A stretch of 64,000 bases of DNA from Chara braunii (GCA_003427395.1 BFEA01000020.1:5553154-5617153); one strand, 5' to 3'. Shown: positions 40,015 through 52,643, counted from the first letter of the stretch. Notes: generated from the letters alone by a model not told the origin. Program-made: numbers and translations.

Positions 40015-40700
40015 CACCACTCCCCCCGCCGACCTAAATTTCGGAGGACCGGTAGCACAGGTTCAAGAGGGCTACCGGTAGCACAGTGGGGAGAACCAGG
40101 GGAGTGGCAAAAATGGAAAATGCATAGAATTGCCGCTGCAATTTATTTCGTGGCCTAAATGATTATTTCTATTTTTAAAAATATTTTTCCTGAAAAGAAC
40201 ACGACCAAAAGATGTATTTAAGGGACGTTGGACCCGGTTTCCAGCAGGTGTTGCTCCCCACCAATAGATGGAGCGGCCCGCTAAGCAAAGCCTCAATCCT
40301 GGTGGTTCTCTTACCACCACCAGGATAGAGGTCTTGCACAAGGGCCTTTAAAAAAAAAAAAAAAAAAAAGACCAAATCTACCGACCTTTCAATTTTCAGA
40401 TTTCTTGACACATTCTTTTGATCGTGAAATATCGCTGAAGTTGAGGTGCTTTTCCCTTTGGCCCACACGTGGTGGAGCAACAAAAATGGAAAATGAGATA
40501 AATTGGCACGGCATTTATTTCGTGGTCTATTTTTTTTTTTTTAATTAAAATTTTTCATCACCCATGCGAAAAATTGCGAAAGTTGGTGCTTGAAAATTGC
40601 GGGACTGGGCCCACCTGCACCTGCTGGTCGCCGCCCCCCCTAAGAACCCGGTCCGTAAGGCCAGGAAGGCCGAATTTAGGCCGGGAGGGGGAGCACTGTG
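40015..40700. mobile_element. Possible non-autonomous DNA transposon with CAC...GTG ends (contains retroposon 40222-40368)
   Basis: CTCCCCCCGCCGACCTAAATT (~40020) inverted against AATTTAGGCCGGGAGGGGGAG, followed by CACTGTG (40694-40700); no clear TSD. Confidence 0.35.
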
Positions 40701-40764
40701 CTTGGACAGTAGTTTCTAATCTGTCTTGTCCCTTTGTAGTGACCACGTGACACATTCACCCCCC

Positions 40765-40857
<93 letters not shown>

Positions 40858-41249
40858 CACTCTTTGGTGTGACGGGTCTCTTCCTTCTCTCGCCCTGGTA
40901 ACCATTGAGGACTTATACTTAAGGTCATCGTCGCCACTCCCCTTGCTTCTCTTCTTCCTCCTCCTCTTCTTCTTCTTCCTCCTTCCTCCTTTCCCCATTC
41001 GATTGCTCCTCTTGTTGATGATCTCGCCACTGCGGTCTACCCTTCTGTTGTCTCCTGTCTTTCCCCTCACTATGTCGTGGTTGTCTTGTGGTGTTTGGAT
41101 GTTCTTATTTTTTGGCTCAGAGTCCTTCGCGTTTTTGCTGAGGTCTCCTTCGGTACGCTTAGGTATGCAGTAGCTATGTGTAAGCGTGAAGATACTATTC
41201 GGCGGGGCAGGCGCAATCGATCTAGGTTCTAGTTTCCCCATTTCTCTTG

Positions 41250-42750
41250 GGCAGAACAACATCTATGCCATGGCTCACCCACATTGTTGTTGGACAGCCC
41301 ACACGAGGAGGTGATTCCTCGAGTAGCCTGACTTTCTCTAATCCAACGCAAATCAAGAGGAAGGGTGGTTGGGGTCTTCAGAGGGGTTCATCTGGACAAC
41401 CGAGTGGCCGAGTACTGTGGGTGACTGCCATCCGTCTAGTATCCCACCTCTACAACAACCTGGGCTTTAAGAAAAGGAAAAAAAAAAGAGGAGGGCTAAA
41501 GATACTTGGCCCAAGTTTACAATGTCAAGCCTTGTTCCTTCAATTGGTAAAAGAAGTGATCTTAGCCATAGACAGCCATGATAGGCCTTGGCTTTGGAGC
41601 AAATCCGCAGGCTTGTTCCACCAACCAATGAAGACATTCGCCTTCTCATCTCGGTGGAGGACCTCTTTTTGTGTATCCCACGTGCTAAGGCACAGTCAAA
41701 GGTAGGGGGAGTGAGAAGGGCAGCTTGAAGTGGTCTCCTGCTGGATAATTTGTGGGTCTCGCCGTTAAAAACGTGGCACCGTCTGCCTTTTCCCAATTGA
41801 CCTTTTCCCTCTTGGTATGAGGAGATCTTACGACAGCCAGCCTCTTTTCGGGAATAGATGGATCACAGATCTTAATGGCTGGATTTTCAACAGCTCAGAC
41901 CTGCCATAGTTCCTGTGGGTAGGGAAGTCTTGCATATTAAGGACCTTTCAAGTTGGGATTGTGAAACTAAAGACTGGAAAATGGTAGATCAACTGAAAGT
42001 AACACTTTGCTGCGCCCATCAGTTTTCCTTCACCTGGACCAGATGTTTTTTTTCCATTTCTTTGGCCTGGGTGAAAACACTTAAGAAAGGGTTAAGATTC
42101 CGTGAAGCTGACTAAGTGGTTGTGACTCATGATCCGGGGCAGTGGATGGTTGGGCATGTGATTCAGCTCCATCCAGATGGTGCTTTGGTCAGCCTACACG
42201 AATTGACCAGAGACTTGTTCTCCTCCCGTCTGCTGAACATCAGGTTGGATTCTTCCACTTCAACGAGTTATGTAGGATCCGTGCATTGTACACGCCCTCA
42301 ATTAAGGGTTGGCGAGCATATAACCCCCAGAGTCTCATTCCAGAACAGACTCTAAACCTGGCAAAATAGGTATGGTTAAGCAATGAATGTGGAAAACCAA
42401 GGCTGGTGCAAAGCCTCTCAGTTAAGGCAGCGTATCGTTTGTTTTTCAGACTAGGGGTGGATGTGGCAGCGATTGTGTAAGAAAGATGGGCCAGACATCT
42501 GCATATCAATATTCATTTGCTGCAACATATTAAGATGTTCAACATCCTCCTCAAACAAAGGCCAGTCAAATTTGCCCCCTTGCAATGACAGATTATTAAT
42601 AAAAAAAAATAAAAATAAAAAAAAGATTGTTCACAGGAGTCTGCCAACTAATGACTGGCTCATAGATCACTCAATGTTTGAACAGCCGGGTTTGGCGACC
42701 CCAAGGTGTAAAACTTGTTATCCTCTTTACCTAATAGAAAAGGCTTAGGG
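41250..42750 (+). pseudogene. Decayed L1-clade ORF2 C-terminal region
   Basis: RGGLKILGP, DLSSWDCETKDWK, VHRSLPTNDWL, RCKTC; homologous to other LINEs in the window. Confidence 0.7.
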
Positions 42751-43114
42751 AAACTATTGAACACTTTTTTTTTTTGGGGGGGGGAACATGCTCCAATCTA
42801 TTTGTGAGGAGCAGCACGTGCTGGGAACCGGGCCCAGCGTTCCATTCAAGATCATATTCCCCGCACCCAAGGCCCTACCCCCTCTGTCTCTGCTACATTG
42901 ACCTCCCTTCTCGACCGCCGGCCAGGGATGTTCGAGAGCAGGCTGAATAAGTAGAGCGGAACGAGAAACAGGCACAGCCAGCATATGACTTCTCAAATTC
43001 AGGATCCCAGCCCTAGTACCTAGGAAGGGAAACGCTCGGGCAGAATCTGCATACTCAATTTCGATTTCAAACTCATGTACATTATCATCATCATCACTTA
43101 CACAGCATTGTAAC

Positions 43115-43293
43115 CTGTCTCTTATACACATCTAGATGTGTATAAGAGACAGCCCTAGTACCTAGGAAGGGAAACGCTCGGGCAGAATCTGCATACTCAA
43201 TTTCGATTTCAAACTCATGTACATTATCATCATCATCACTTACACAGCATTGTAACTGTCTCTTATACACATCTAGATGTGTATAAGAGACAG
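43115..43293. other. Two Nextera junction adapters (43115-43152, 43256-43293) with an artefactual ~100 bp duplication
   Basis: Exact 38-bp junction adapter twice. Confidence 0.97.
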
Positions 43294-43554
43294 AGAGTGG
43301 AGCGATAGCGCAGATAGGGGCGGCGGAAGAAAAGCGGAGCGGAGAGCTACGGGGCGGGCCGTGATGTTACAAGAACACTAAAGTTCTCTATCCCCCAAAG
43401 CTCGGATCAAAGGAGCATTCAGAACGAAAAAAAACCACCTGCCTTAGGGACTTTCAGCAGCCCAGCCCTACCTGCCTAACCCCTGCACAATGCTCAGGAG
43501 CAGTTCAACTTCGGAGACGTTGGGACTGCATCTGGCAAGGGCTAACCAGGTACA

Positions 43555-43847
43555 GGGACGCTGGACCCGATTTCCAGCAGGTGATGCTCCCCACCAATAG
43601 ATGGAGCCTTCAATACTGGGGCCTGCTTAAGGATAAGTTCTTAGAATGATCTTACAACCTATTTATGAACCCCACTTTTCCACGTATTCACATGGCTTCA
43701 GACTGGGACGTAGTGCTCACACGGCCCTTAATGTTATAATGGGTACCTTTCATGGTGCGCAATGGTATATTGAAGGATCCCTGGAGGCCGCTTATCGCCT
43801 TGTTAAGCAGGACTCCCGGGGTGTGAAGTCCAAAAAAAAAAAAAAAG
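43555..43847 (+). mobile_element. GGGACGCTGG-core retroposon interrupted by a group II intron RT fragment
   Basis: Core at 43555; 3' stem arms CCTGCTTAA / TTAAGCAGG lie on either side of the insert; poly(A) tail. Confidence 0.65.
43635..43778 (+). pseudogene. Group II intron reverse transcriptase/maturase fragment (probably organelle-derived)
   Basis: LRMILQPIYEPHFSTYSHGFRLGRSAHTAL...WYIEG matches the EP.F...SHGFRP.RS.H.AL...WFIEGDI pattern. Confidence 0.85.
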
Positions 43848-44545
43848 AATGGCCGTGGGAATGGAGGGCTATTCTGTTTGGCCATTGGGAACTACCGGAC
43901 ATCCAACTCTCAGATTTTCAAAGGAATTTCTTTGGAATTGGACGAAAAGCGAACAGCGTTGCTATGGACTCTTTGGTATAAAAGGTGTGTCCACAAGAGG
44001 GAGGATGTAAATCTGGAAGGCGTTGCAATTGCTGATTTTTACTAGCTCAGTTTGTCCACACTGAAATTCAAGCACAACGGTCAGTTACATGGACTAAACT
44101 GCTAAAAAAACAAAACAAAAAAATGCTGCTCAGGTTTCATCAGAAAAAAAAGACATAGTAGTCCTTCGGAACATCCGTTAACATTGGAAAGATACAGAGA
44201 ATGAAGATTAGCATGGCCCCTGCATAAGGATGACACCCATAAATCAAGAATTGGTCCCAAAAAAAAAAAAAAAAAAAAAAGTTCAAACAATTCCAAAATT
44301 TAATGTGAACTGGCTGGGTGGGGACTAGAGGGGGAGGACTGGGGGAGCTGGTCTGGCCAGGGAGGAAGGGACGAAGGAACCTCTTAAGAGGAACCTCCAT
44401 ATCAGCTTCCGGGAGTGGTTTTCTCTTCATCCAAGAAAAAAAAAAAAAAAAAAGAGAGTCTCTCTCTTAGATCCTCAGATTTCTTTCCTGATCCCTTCCC
44501 TCCTTCGGAGCTTCACTGGTGGAACCGCAGTGGTACGGTCTGGGT
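43848..44545 (+). pseudogene. Decayed L1-clade ORF2 3' end
   Basis: WPWEWRAILFGHW...FQRNFFGIGRK and terminal QWYG, as in 49595-50242. Confidence 0.7.
44161..44280 (+). pseudogene. U6: U6 snRNA retropseudogene with poly(A)
   Basis: GTCCTTCGGAACATCCG...GATACAGAGA(ATGA)AGATTAGCATGGCCCCTGCATAAGGATGACAC...GGTCC then A22; 4-nt insertion after the ACAGAGA box. Confidence 0.92.
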
Positions 44546-44803
44546 GATGATCGAATCAATTTGAAAAATATTCTTTTGCAAAGGGGAAGGCGTCCTTTTA
44601 TGACTACCGGCAGTCTAGATCTGGCGGTCCATCAAGGACTGAAAAGGCGTCACATTCCCCAATCGAACTTTATGAATACTCTCACTCAGTCAGTTCGATA
44701 TTAGGGGTTTCCTTTTCCTGTCTTCTTGTTTTTTAGGTTCTTCGAAGCAAAAACCTTGTACTAGGTCGGTAGGTTAGTTGCTATCCAAGATTTTCTTAAC
44801 TTC

Positions 44804-44834
<31 letters not shown>

Positions 44835-44835
44835 G

Positions 44836-45550
44836 ATAGCCGGGTAATGGCCCCGGTGTCTTAACTTTCAACAAGCAGTAGCCCTAAATTCTTAGTAGCT
44901 TTCTAGCTTTACTTTCATGGAATTTTCTGATGATTTTTCTGAACGTGTCTGTTATGGGACGCTGGGCCCGGTTCCCAGTTGGTGCCTACTTGTGAGGATA
45001 TGGTTGTATTTGTGGGACGCTGGACCCGGTTTCCAGCAGGTGCTGCTCCATAAAAAATTAAAAAAAAAAAAAGGGGTAAGGTTCTTGAGGGACACTGGGT
45101 GCGGTTCCCAGCACGTGCTGTTTTATCAACTCAATGATGTATCTTAGGCGATGCTGGACCCCCCTTCCAACAGGTGTAGCTACTACCGTCCTCCCCCGAA
45201 CATAACGCACCCTGAAATTGAACGTATGCAAGCTATGTTTCCTGTCCGGTACAGCCAAGATGAGGGTGCATTGTGTTTGGGGGGAGACCGTAGCTCCCCC
45301 ACCAATAGACTGGAGCCCCCTGCAGGACAGATAGGAGTGCATGCTCTTATCATCACTCTTATGATCCTATCTGTTGACGCGGGTGAATTTTTTTGGGGGA
45401 AAAAAAACATTTGTGCCAATTTGTGACGCTGGGACCCGGTTTCCAGTAGATTATCCATGGGACGCTGGAACCGGTTTCCAGCAGGTGTTGCTCCCCACCA
45501 ATAGATGGAGCTGTTTTGTTTGGGAAAAAAAAAAAAAAAAAAAAAAAAAA
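44836..45550 (+). repeat. Head-to-tail cluster of about six GGGAC-core copies and fragments
   Basis: Cores near 44956, 45014, 45089, 45148, 45423, 45459 plus a 3' module at ~45290-45410. Confidence 0.8.
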
Positions 45551-45609
45551 GAAGAAGAACAGATGGTGTTGTTGGTCTGCAATCTCTTTTCTTTTTTTTC
45601 TTTTTTTTT

Positions 45610-45673
<64 letters not shown>

Positions 45674-46163
45674 GGCAAGTACGTTGTAGTCACACCCAAC
45701 GTCATTCAGAATAGGCAACCTTTTTTAGCAGTTCCCAAAAATTTAATGGAGCAAAAAAGGGGACCCCCCTAAATCTGCCAAGCCCCACTGCGGGTAATGA
45801 ATGACTGGTGCAGTCTTAGACACCCCCCTGCTAAACTTGCACATTTTGAAACTCACATCATGACACCGACGCCACTTTGTCTTTTGTTGCCTATTATGAA
45901 CTAAAAGTGTGCCATAGCCACAAGTTCCCCAAAAAGGAAAGTTGACTTTTGGAGGAGAACTATAGTAGCAAGGAAGACCATGTGTTTAGGAACATTGGCT
46001 GGCTCTGGGTTTATTTGGATAAAAAGAGAGTCAGGTTCATTCACGTTTGCTTGCTATTATGAAGACTGGGTACTCGTGTGGAACCTCCGCGTTTGAGTGA
46101 ATACACTGGCAGTGGCCAATTTTTTTTATTGGGGTATTTTCGGTGGGCGAACAGGAGGCGCCG

Positions 46164-46381
46164 ATCTATTCCTGGGGAGCAGCACGTGCTGGGAACCAGG
46201 CCCAGCGTCCCATCTGAGACCTAAATAAAACGAGTACTTCAGAGTCTTAACCTTTTTTTTTTTTTTTTTTAAAGCCCAAGTTAATGCTAGAGGTGCTGCA
46301 GGCAGGCACCACTAGCACTCTCGGGGGGGCTCCATCTATTGGTGGGGAGCAGCACCTGCTGGAAAACGGGTCCAGCGTCCC
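46164..46381 (-). mobile_element. Two GGGAC-core retroposon copies
   Basis: Reverse-complement cores ending at 46211 and 46381. Confidence 0.7.
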
Positions 46382-47224
46382 TCACATTGATTGAGTATTG
46401 GAAGAAACAGAGAATGAGATGAACCTCGAAAACTGGGTTAACCTACTGTAACCTCCAGAATGTAATTCCTGTATCTCCATTCTGCTATCAGCTGCCTCTT
46501 CACTCAATTACTGAGCACCAGATCTCACAGTCTTTTTCTAGCAGCCCCATAGCAACCTATTAGGATTTTGCAAGTTATTGCAGAATCTGACTTCTTTACT
46601 TTACAAATTGCCATACCAACTGTTGGGAACTAAACTCAATACCGCTGGAGGGAATGGGTCTGGGAAGTCAGCCAGAGGGTGAAGAGGGATAATGCTATCT
46701 ATTTTTGTCCACTCCTGAAAAACAATGCGATAATCCCGTGGAATTTCGTCTTGGTGACTTGATTGTTGTTCTTTTCTGACCTTTCCCCATATGATCTTGC
46801 CAATTCTTCCCCCTTGTGGGCCCCCTAGCCAGTCGCCACTGAAGTTTTGAAAGTGTTGAATAATTTCTTTCCTTGATGACAGATTTTTAACTTTTTCTTT
46901 TACCTTTCCCCATTGAGCTGTGATCTCTATTTGAATCTGTTGTTTGATGGAATCAGTGAATTATGGACCATCCAGTCTTGCTCCCTCCATTTCATACGTA
47001 CACCTCCTCCGCCAAATGGCCCACATGAGTGCTCTTCTTCCTGTGATAAAAAGGTTATGAGTAAAATTATCTGCTTGTTCTTTTTCCCAAGTCTCACATA
47101 GCAAAGCCTTCCATTCCCACGGCCATCTGTGGGAAGTTTCTAAGGTCCTCCATATCCTGTCCCACCAGCGCCATAGCCATATCGACCCTGGGCATTGTAG
47201 AAAGTCTTAACCTACTCTGTCCTA

Positions 47225-47559
47225 CCGTGACATCCTGCCAGCATCTAATGAGGGGATTGACTGCACAGGTGGTGAGAGTAACTTAGTATCAAATCCGCTT
47301 GCCTTTTGCTACTACTGTTAACTACTGTTTAACTAAACAGTAGTTAAACAGTAGTTAACAGTAGTAGCAAAAAGCAAGCGGATTTGATGCTAAATTTAAA
47401 CAGTAGTAGCAAAAAGCAAGCGGATTTGATGCTAAATTTAACCAGTAGTTAACAGTAGTAGCGAAAAGAAAGCAGATTTGATGATGCTAAATTACTCTCA
47501 CCACCTGTGCAGTCAATCCCCTCACGAGAAGGGTTATCAATGCTGGCAGGATGTCACAG
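47225..47559. mobile_element. Foldback MITE, Tc1/mariner/pogo-like
   Basis: CCGTGACATCCTGCCAGCAT / ATGCTGGCAGGATGTCACAG flanked by TA; nearly wholly palindromic with internal AACAGTAGT repeats. Confidence 0.75.
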
Positions 47560-48150
47560 TAGGCTCAGACTTTGAAGTACTTGCTTTGTTTTGGTCCCGT
47601 CGGGCTGCTTCATCTATTGGTGGGGAGTGGCACCTGCTGGAAACCGGGTCCAGCGTCCCATTGATACAGCTTTCAACACAGAGATTGCTGTTTGTTGTCT
47701 ACTTCTTTTCTTTTTTTTTGGAAAAACAACCCGAGTGGATGCTTCCTGGGGCTGTGGCCATTTCACTTCTCAGTCCGGGGCTCCACAGTCCCATGGAGCT
47801 GCCAGTAATCACACATCCCGTCTTGGAGCGCCCCTTATCTTTTTAGCTCAGCCTTATTCAGCAGCCCCCCTATTCTTTGTTACTAAAACTCTGTGCCTTT
47901 AAACCCTTTAAACCTTATACCCTCTCAATGTCCATGCATACCACATCCTTGATCCTTGGAGCCCGAGGTTCTGCAAATGAAATGGAGTACGGTGCAATGC
48001 GATGCAATGCAACAGAGAGCAGCACAATAAGAGACGCCTATGCCAGTACATCTGAATCTGTCTTGTACTTCACTGGGTGTGTCACCGTGGACCAGTTGGT
48101 CGCATTGTCCCTTCTCTGGGCTGCATTCGTGGTCCCTGGACCCAGCTTGC

Positions 48151-48289
48151 TTTTTATTTTTTTTTATTTTTTAAACGGGGCCTTAGTTGCTAGTGATGGT
48201 GATACGAGCACCCACCACTAGCAGCTCAGCCACTGGCTCCATTCTATTGGTGGGGAGCTGCACCTGCTGGAAACTGGGTCCAGTGTCCC
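48151..48289 (-). mobile_element. GGGAC-core retroposon, long form (a shorter copy lies at 47605-47659)
   Basis: Core, middle hairpin, TGCTAGTGGTGG / CCATCACTAGCA stem with TGCTCGTATCA cap; sister copy at 55470-55609. Confidence 0.75.
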
Positions 48290-48811
48290 TTTTACATTAT
48301 ATAACTTGAAACGGAGAACTTACAATGATCAGAAGGACAACCACCTCTTCAGCCCCCTAGGGCCGCCAGGAAAAAAAAAAAATAACTGCAATAATCAGAA
48401 GGTGAGCTACCTCTTCAGCCCCATAGAGCCGCCAGGAAAAAACCATCTCTACTAGTAACTCATCCCCCTCTATCATATTCACTAAGCAACTCATCGCTCT
48501 ATCATATCCTTTTTTTNNNNNNNNNNNNNNNNNNNNNNNNNNNNNNNNNNNNNNNNNNNNNNNNNNNNNNNNNNNNNNNNNNNNNNNNNNNNNNNNNNNN
48601 NNNNNNNNNNNNNNNNNNNNNNNNNNNNNNNNNNNNNNNNNNNNNNNNNNNNNNNNNNNNNNNNNNNNNNNNNNNNNNNNNNNNNNNNNNNNNNNNNNNN
48701 NNNNNNNNNNNNNNNNNNNNNNNNNNNNNNNNNNNNNNNNNNNNNNNNNNNNNNNNNNNNNNNNNNNNNNNNNNNNNNNNNCTGGCATGTTTCTCCTTTC
48801 TACAGATGTCA

Positions 48812-49050
48812 GATACTGAGGCTGGACAGGGCCAAGCGCGAAGCCTTGAGCCCCAGCCAGCCCCAGTCATGTGTGTACGTGCTATCTGTGTGTTATCCAT
48901 GGTTCTCGATACCGAGGCCAGGCAAGGACAAGCGTGAAGCCTTGAAAACCCCAGCCTACCCCCAGTCATGTATGTGTATATGCCATGGTTCTAGATACTG
49001 AGGCTGGCCAGGGACAAGCACGAAGCCTTGATCCCAGCCAACCCCAGCAG
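48812..49050 (+). repeat. ~90-95 bp minisatellite, about 2.5 copies
   Basis: GATAC(T/C)GAGGC...GAAGCCTTGA...CCCAGC recurring next to an N gap. Confidence 0.75.
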
Positions 49051-49449
49051 TAGTGCGGACCCCCACCAAGCCCCAATTGAGTTCTGTATATATATATGTG
49101 TAGGGTTGTATTGTCATATGAATGGTGGGCCGCTCTGTGCAAGAAACCGCCCCAAAGTCTCTAGCCAGACTCGAACCCACACCCTGTGTTGTGTAACTAC
49201 AATGCCCTATCTTATGTGCTGTGTTCTGAATTGATGCCAATGTATGGAATGCCAGAACAGGCGAGAATTTCAGAACAATCAATAGCTACGTCAAGTAACC
49301 CACGCATAGTCAAGACCCAGAATACAACGACCAGGACTACCCCTTGGGTGGTGCGCAGGCAGTGTCTGTGATAGTACCATGTGTCAGCCCAAGGGGATGT
49401 ATGTCCAGCCGTGCGTCACTCTAACGCCCTGCCGGTGTCCATGCGCAAG

Positions 49450-49528
49450 GCTGCGGAGTTTTGAACCCGCAACCTTATACCACAGTGCGCATTTCCAACC
49501 GGTGCTCTAACCACTGAGCTACATCAAC
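49450..49528 (-). mobile_element. tRNA-derived SINE head or tRNA pseudogene
   Basis: Minus strand GTAGCTCAGTGGTTAGAGCACCGG...GCGGGTTCAAA (A and B boxes); acceptor stem not intact. Confidence 0.65.
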
Positions 49529-49544
49529 TGGACATATCCTAAAA

Positions 49545-50770
49545 CACAACTCCACACCCCTTCCATACCACTGCATATCCACCAATGGCCACCATTACTC
49601 CCCCCCCTCTCCATACCACTGCAGATCCACCAATGTCAGGTTCGAAGGGGGAAAAGGGTCCGGAAATGATTCTGGAGGTCTTAATATTGCACCTGGCTGG
49701 ACATCAAACCAGTCATGGAATATAATCTTAAAATCCTTATTGATGCTTTCCCCATCCTCCTCCCCTCCTGGACATTCCACCTTTCCCAGTTTCCCCCTTG
49801 GAGAATCACCCAGCCAGTCCTTAGTGAAATTCATTATTTTCTTCTTTATATCCTGTTTTTGTTGCAACCTCTTGATTTCTTCTTTAGTTCTTTCCCATTG
49901 GTATCTCACCTCNGTTTCCANCANTTGCTGCACTAGTTCNGACATTTCTCTGCCATCAATCTTAACCTTTTCCATTGTGAAAACACNTCTTCTATACCAT
50001 AACACCCATAGCATTGATTTCCTACCTATGCTATACAGGTTCTGCTGAAAATTCGATAATGGAGTGAGAACCGGGTACCAATGTCCCAAGAGAATCGCCC
50101 TCCAGTCCCATGGCCAATCTATACCCGTTAGTCTATTCCAGACATAGTCCCATCGTCTCCACAACAGTTTTGCCCCTTGACATTGCAAAAAAATGTGCTC
50201 AATTGTTTCCCTTATCTTTCTGCTGGGAACGCCTCCACACACATGTCACACCATGGCAGAGCCACCCCCCTCTGTTCCAAAGTGGAATGATCAATCAACC
50301 AGTCGTTTGTTGGCAGACATCTATGTACAATCTGCCACTGTAGTGAGACAAGCTTAGCCGGTCTTTCCTTGAAACCCTGACACCACTTGCGTCTGTCTTC
50401 ATAGTTCCAGCTGATGTTCTCTTTGACGGGTGCTGCTGCTGCTGTCTGTTCCTACCTGTTTGCTTGGGCCTTGCGATTCCTCTCCTCTGTTTTTGTTGTG
50501 GGTCTCGTTTCTCAAGGAAGATCAGTCTCCAGAATCCAATACTCCGTTTCCAGTTGTCTTTGCACATATCTCTTGTAGCTTGATACTCATGTATATTGAG
50601 GTCGATAGAGTCTGGAGACATCGGAGGGGGCAGTATCGCGTTCATTATTTGGCAATAAATAACGTCGCTCATTGGCTGAAGGGATGTGTTGTGGGATTGT
50701 GGAGCCAATTGTGAGAGCGGATACCTGGCTAGAGGTTCCCACGGGATGTCATCTTTAAAGTTTAAAACAT
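49545..50770 (-). pseudogene. L1-clade ORF2 3' portion
   Basis: CGG...ETIEHIFLQC...WPWDWRAILLGHW...LQWYG; IPWEPLARY upstream. Confidence 0.85.
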
Positions 50771-50821
50771 AATTGCATGACCCATTTGATCTTTTTTTTT
50801 TTTTTTTTTTTTTTTTTTCCT

Positions 50822-52186
50822 TGCAATGAACCTCACAGTTCAACACCAAGGAGTGCACATATTCATACCACAAACATGTATGAGATCACACGAAGTTCAC
50901 ACTGGAGACCAGAGGGATTAAGACCAGATAGCTCAGCTAATGAATTCCAACAAGTTATACAAGAGTAATTAAGAGTTCCAAGTCACCAGCGCTCATCAGC
51001 GCATGTCTAAGGTAATCAATATCGAGCACAAACTCTCAGGTAAGATTCTCCTCTCCCACTGCTCTTCTCCCACTGTTCTTCTCCCACTGCTCTTCTCCCT
51101 CTTGAGTCTCCCCTTCTCACTGGTCTTCTCTCCAGCTATGTCCTCGCTGTGTCTTCTCTCACTACATGCTTGCACTCACACTAACTTCTACTCAAGAGTC
51201 TACTCTGAATACACCCACTGACAAGCCTACTATCTAAGTCTGCTACTAACACTATTCGCTGGCGCAGCTATGGCTGCCTTCTCCCTGCCAGCACTATCTT
51301 CTTCTCTCTCATAGCGCAGCACTCTGGCTTCAGCGCTCTGCCCCTCATTTCAGCGCACAAGTGCACCAGCACTTCCACACTGCTTGCGAATGGGCAGTCT
51401 GCCCGAATGTGAGGCTGGCCAGTCCTTTTGTAGTCTTGGTTTGCACTCCAACTCGTGCCAGCCTCTGTTTCTTGGGTCCTGACTGGTTCCGGTACCACAT
51501 CCCCTCGGCCTGTCTGCTTCTGAATGCCAAGGCCTGGAACCTTCCCGAATTTCCATAGGACTGCTGCTGCTTGGCCCTTTGAGTCATGACTTTTCACTTG
51601 TGAACATGACTTTTGACTGTGGATAGTGACTCTTGCCTGTGGGTCATGACTTTTGCCTGTGATACTGCCTTTACTCGAGGGATGTGACTCTTCAATATGA
51701 CTTTTCATTAGGAAACGTGAGTCCTGCCTTTGAGACATGACTCCTACTTATATCTGGCGGCCTGGTTTGGCTGAAGAGGCAGTCTTTATCTCCACATATT
51801 TTTATAAAGAAACAAAGGCTATGTAAAAGGGACGCTGGACCCGGTTTCCAGCAGGTGATGCTCCCCACTAATAGATGGAGTCTCTACCCAGGTGTTAGTG
51901 GTGTCTGCTCTTATCAGCAGCACTAACATTGGTAGGGTTTGTTAAAAAAAAAAAAAAAGACTACTTGTGAATCTGCCTTTTCACTCGTGGGGTGTGACTC
52001 TTTTGAATGGCTTTTATTATGAGACGTGACTCTTGTCCCTGAGATGTGACTGTTTGCTGGGTGCCTGTTGGACCAGACTACTGAGGTACCCGGTTTCTGA
52101 GTTTGACGAACATGGCCTTTTCTTGACCTGGGCATCTGACTCTGAGATCCGAATTTGGGGTCTGAATCGTGGAAGGCCTTCATTAT
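50822..52186. mobile_element. Possible solo LTR (contains retroposon 51829-51958)
   Basis: Starts TGCAATGAA, ends TTCATTA; many internal (G/A)TGACT motifs; no TSD verifiable. Confidence 0.35.
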
Positions 52187-52190
52187 TTAC

Positions 52191-52371
52191 AAAAATCCAC
52201 CCGCAACTACAGATAGGAGTGATGATACGAGCACACACTCCTACCTGTCGTGCAGGGGCCTCCAGTCTATTGGTGGGGAGCTACACCTGCTGGAAACCGG
52301 GTCCAGCGTCCCCTGAGATCCAATGTTCGGATGATACATCAACACATGCTGGGAACCGGGCCCAGCGTCCC
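52191..52371 (-). mobile_element. GGGAC-core retroposon, long form, plus a second core
   Basis: Cores ending near 52312 and 52371; CAGGTAGGAGTG / CACTCCTATCTG stem with TGCTCGTATCA cap. Confidence 0.75.
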
Positions 52372-52419
52372 TCATGATACTACTGATGGAGATACAGACA
52401 CTACTACATTTTTTTTTTT

Positions 52420-52561
52420 GAGGTAACTACGGCGCAGTCACGAAAGCAGTTTGTAATTGCATTTCAAACTGCGTTTTAGCAGTTTAGTCAGGGCCCGAGT
52501 TTCAAATGCAGTTGAAACTCAGGCTGGCCTTTTTAGCTGTTCAGTCAGGCACGTGGCCCGT

Positions 52562-52643
<82 letters not shown>

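Noticed and set aside
43115-43293. Tn5/IS50 mosaic ends as bacterial horizontal transfer
   Set aside because: Exact Nextera junction adapter configuration
44950-45500. CRISPR array
   Set aside because: Irregular spacing, divergent repeats, poly(A) tails, dispersed copies, no cas genes, eukaryotic context
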